The position numbers and the translations under genes are program-made. Shown in pieces: positions 62,556-64,000 of a DNA stretch of 64,000 nucleotides. The stretch covers positions 51,148,019 to 51,212,018 of the forward strand of contig JAUZTB010000135.1 of the NCBI GenBank assembly GCA_034780895.1. Reading direction: 5' to 3'. A model generated the notes under the pieces. It was not told the origin of the DNA and searched no databases. It saw only the letters and a list, made by a program, of their open reading frames with translations. Numbering within the stretch: position 1 is the stretch's first letter; each line of letters starts with the position of its first letter. This DNA comes from Rhynchobatus australiae (Eukaryota).

Positions 62556-64000
62556 TTCATGCTTGCTGTTGTATTTGTGCTGCCTTTCTTGTCAAAATTC
62601 ACCTAGGATGCACAATAATTGGAGTCAGCAATCACTTCTCATTTAAAGATGCAGGCATACCATTTATTAGCACTGGCTGGTGCATGGGACTCCTTAAATG
62701 ACTTATGCTTATGATACACAAATAAAAAATAGATTAAAATTCACATTGCTCAGCACACAAACACTTGAACAAGGTGTGTGCATGAAAATCTTAAGCAAGC
62801 AGTGCTAACTCAGACTGATTTAGAACCCCTTCCAGTGCTATTTTAACACAGTTTCATGGGTAACTAAATTTCTAAGCTGTCATGTTTTCTAACTTATTAA
62901 ATTAATTACTATTAATGTTGGTTGTTCTGCAAAACTTGCTTAAATTTTCTTGTACTGCATCACTTAATTAGAAATTTAACAAACGACATATAAAATTTCA
63001 GATATTTTGCTAGTGTGATGGCATGCAGTAAATATTCCCAAATCTATGAACTGGCCAAAAGTATCTAATTTTATCAAGCTTACATAAACCCCATTTATAC
63101 AGAAACCAGCCTGTAAAATCAACACACAATTTTATGTTCTCTATGCAAATAGAATTTATGAAAGAACTTGTCGTTGTGAATGGAGGTTATCTCTCAGGCA
63201 AATATTTGGACAACTTAGTTAAGTCTTTAGCAAGTACTTATAACAAAATACGAAGTGTTTCACAGATACACACAATTAGATCTAAATTTTATCATAAATA
63301 AATGCTGTTCCACAAAATAATATGGCAGACTAACCCAAATTGTAGGGAATGTTCTTCCCAAAAGCAGTATAATTCAATCATGTATTCTCTGGGAATGGTT
63401 AACCTTAGGGAGCTTTTGTTCATCTATCTATATCACTGTCAAATGAAGACAAATAGTTTAGAAAGACACATGTTACTGATTAGTCTGAGCATTTGTCACA
63501 ATTACAGCATAGATGGTTCCTGTGCAGTACAATGCATTAATTAAAGGACTTAAATAATAACGTAATAATTAGGATGAAAAAAAATGCTGTACAGTCACAC
63601 TGCATTTTACAAATAAATAAGGCTCAGTCATTCCAGGGAGAGCTGATATTAAACCTTCTGAGTTTGGAGCTGGCACAGTCTTAAGAGGGAGCAAATGCAG
63701 TTTTAGTTTGTATCTAATAAAGCTATTTCTAGCCCCAAGTGTCCTAAATATAAAGCATTGTATTGCACAGTACGAATACCTCTCAATGTGATGGCTTCAA
63801 AACATTAACAAAAATAAATCAAAGAAGCTAAATCTAATATACATTGATTCTGGTCTTGTATTACATTTAACTTTGTAGGAAACATAACATTCTTTGAAGG
63901 TAAATGAAAATCTATTTGGCATTCATCTAGTTATCACGCATGAGGAAATACAGCAGAGTCTGAAATTATTGCAGAACACTGACAAGTTTAATAAATTGAA

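Noticed and set aside
1-64000. CRISPR array, prokaryotic operon, endogenous virus or LTR retroelement
   Set aside because: No regularly spaced repeat-spacer units, no gene-dense region, and no gag/pol/env or paired LTRs were seen.

Overview
Eukaryotic, AT-rich, repeat-dense draft-assembly DNA with many N gaps. The repeat content points to a cartilaginous fish (ray/skate/shark): HE1-type V-SINEs, CR1 LINEs, Rex1/Babar LINEs, Penelope-like elements, an RTE LINE relic, Tigger-like MITEs and Harbinger relics. I found no intact protein-coding gene, rRNA, tRNA gene or CRISPR array, so the window looks intronic or intergenic. All long ORFs are broken transposon frames or read through N-runs. The most notable signals are: (1) seven relics of a minimal type-I hammerhead ribozyme in Penelope terminal repeats, with compensatory changes in stem I; (2) a 185-bp, ~92% identical, indel-free inverted repeat bracketing ~2.8 kb (19246-22410); (3) a fragmented, probably once-autonomous two-gene Harbinger element (~12080-15880); (4) a 73-nt foldback hairpin that is fully paired (with G.U) only on the minus strand; (5) two weak 33-nt micro-exon candidates. 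All coordinates and family calls were made by eye, boundaries are approximate, and no database search was run.
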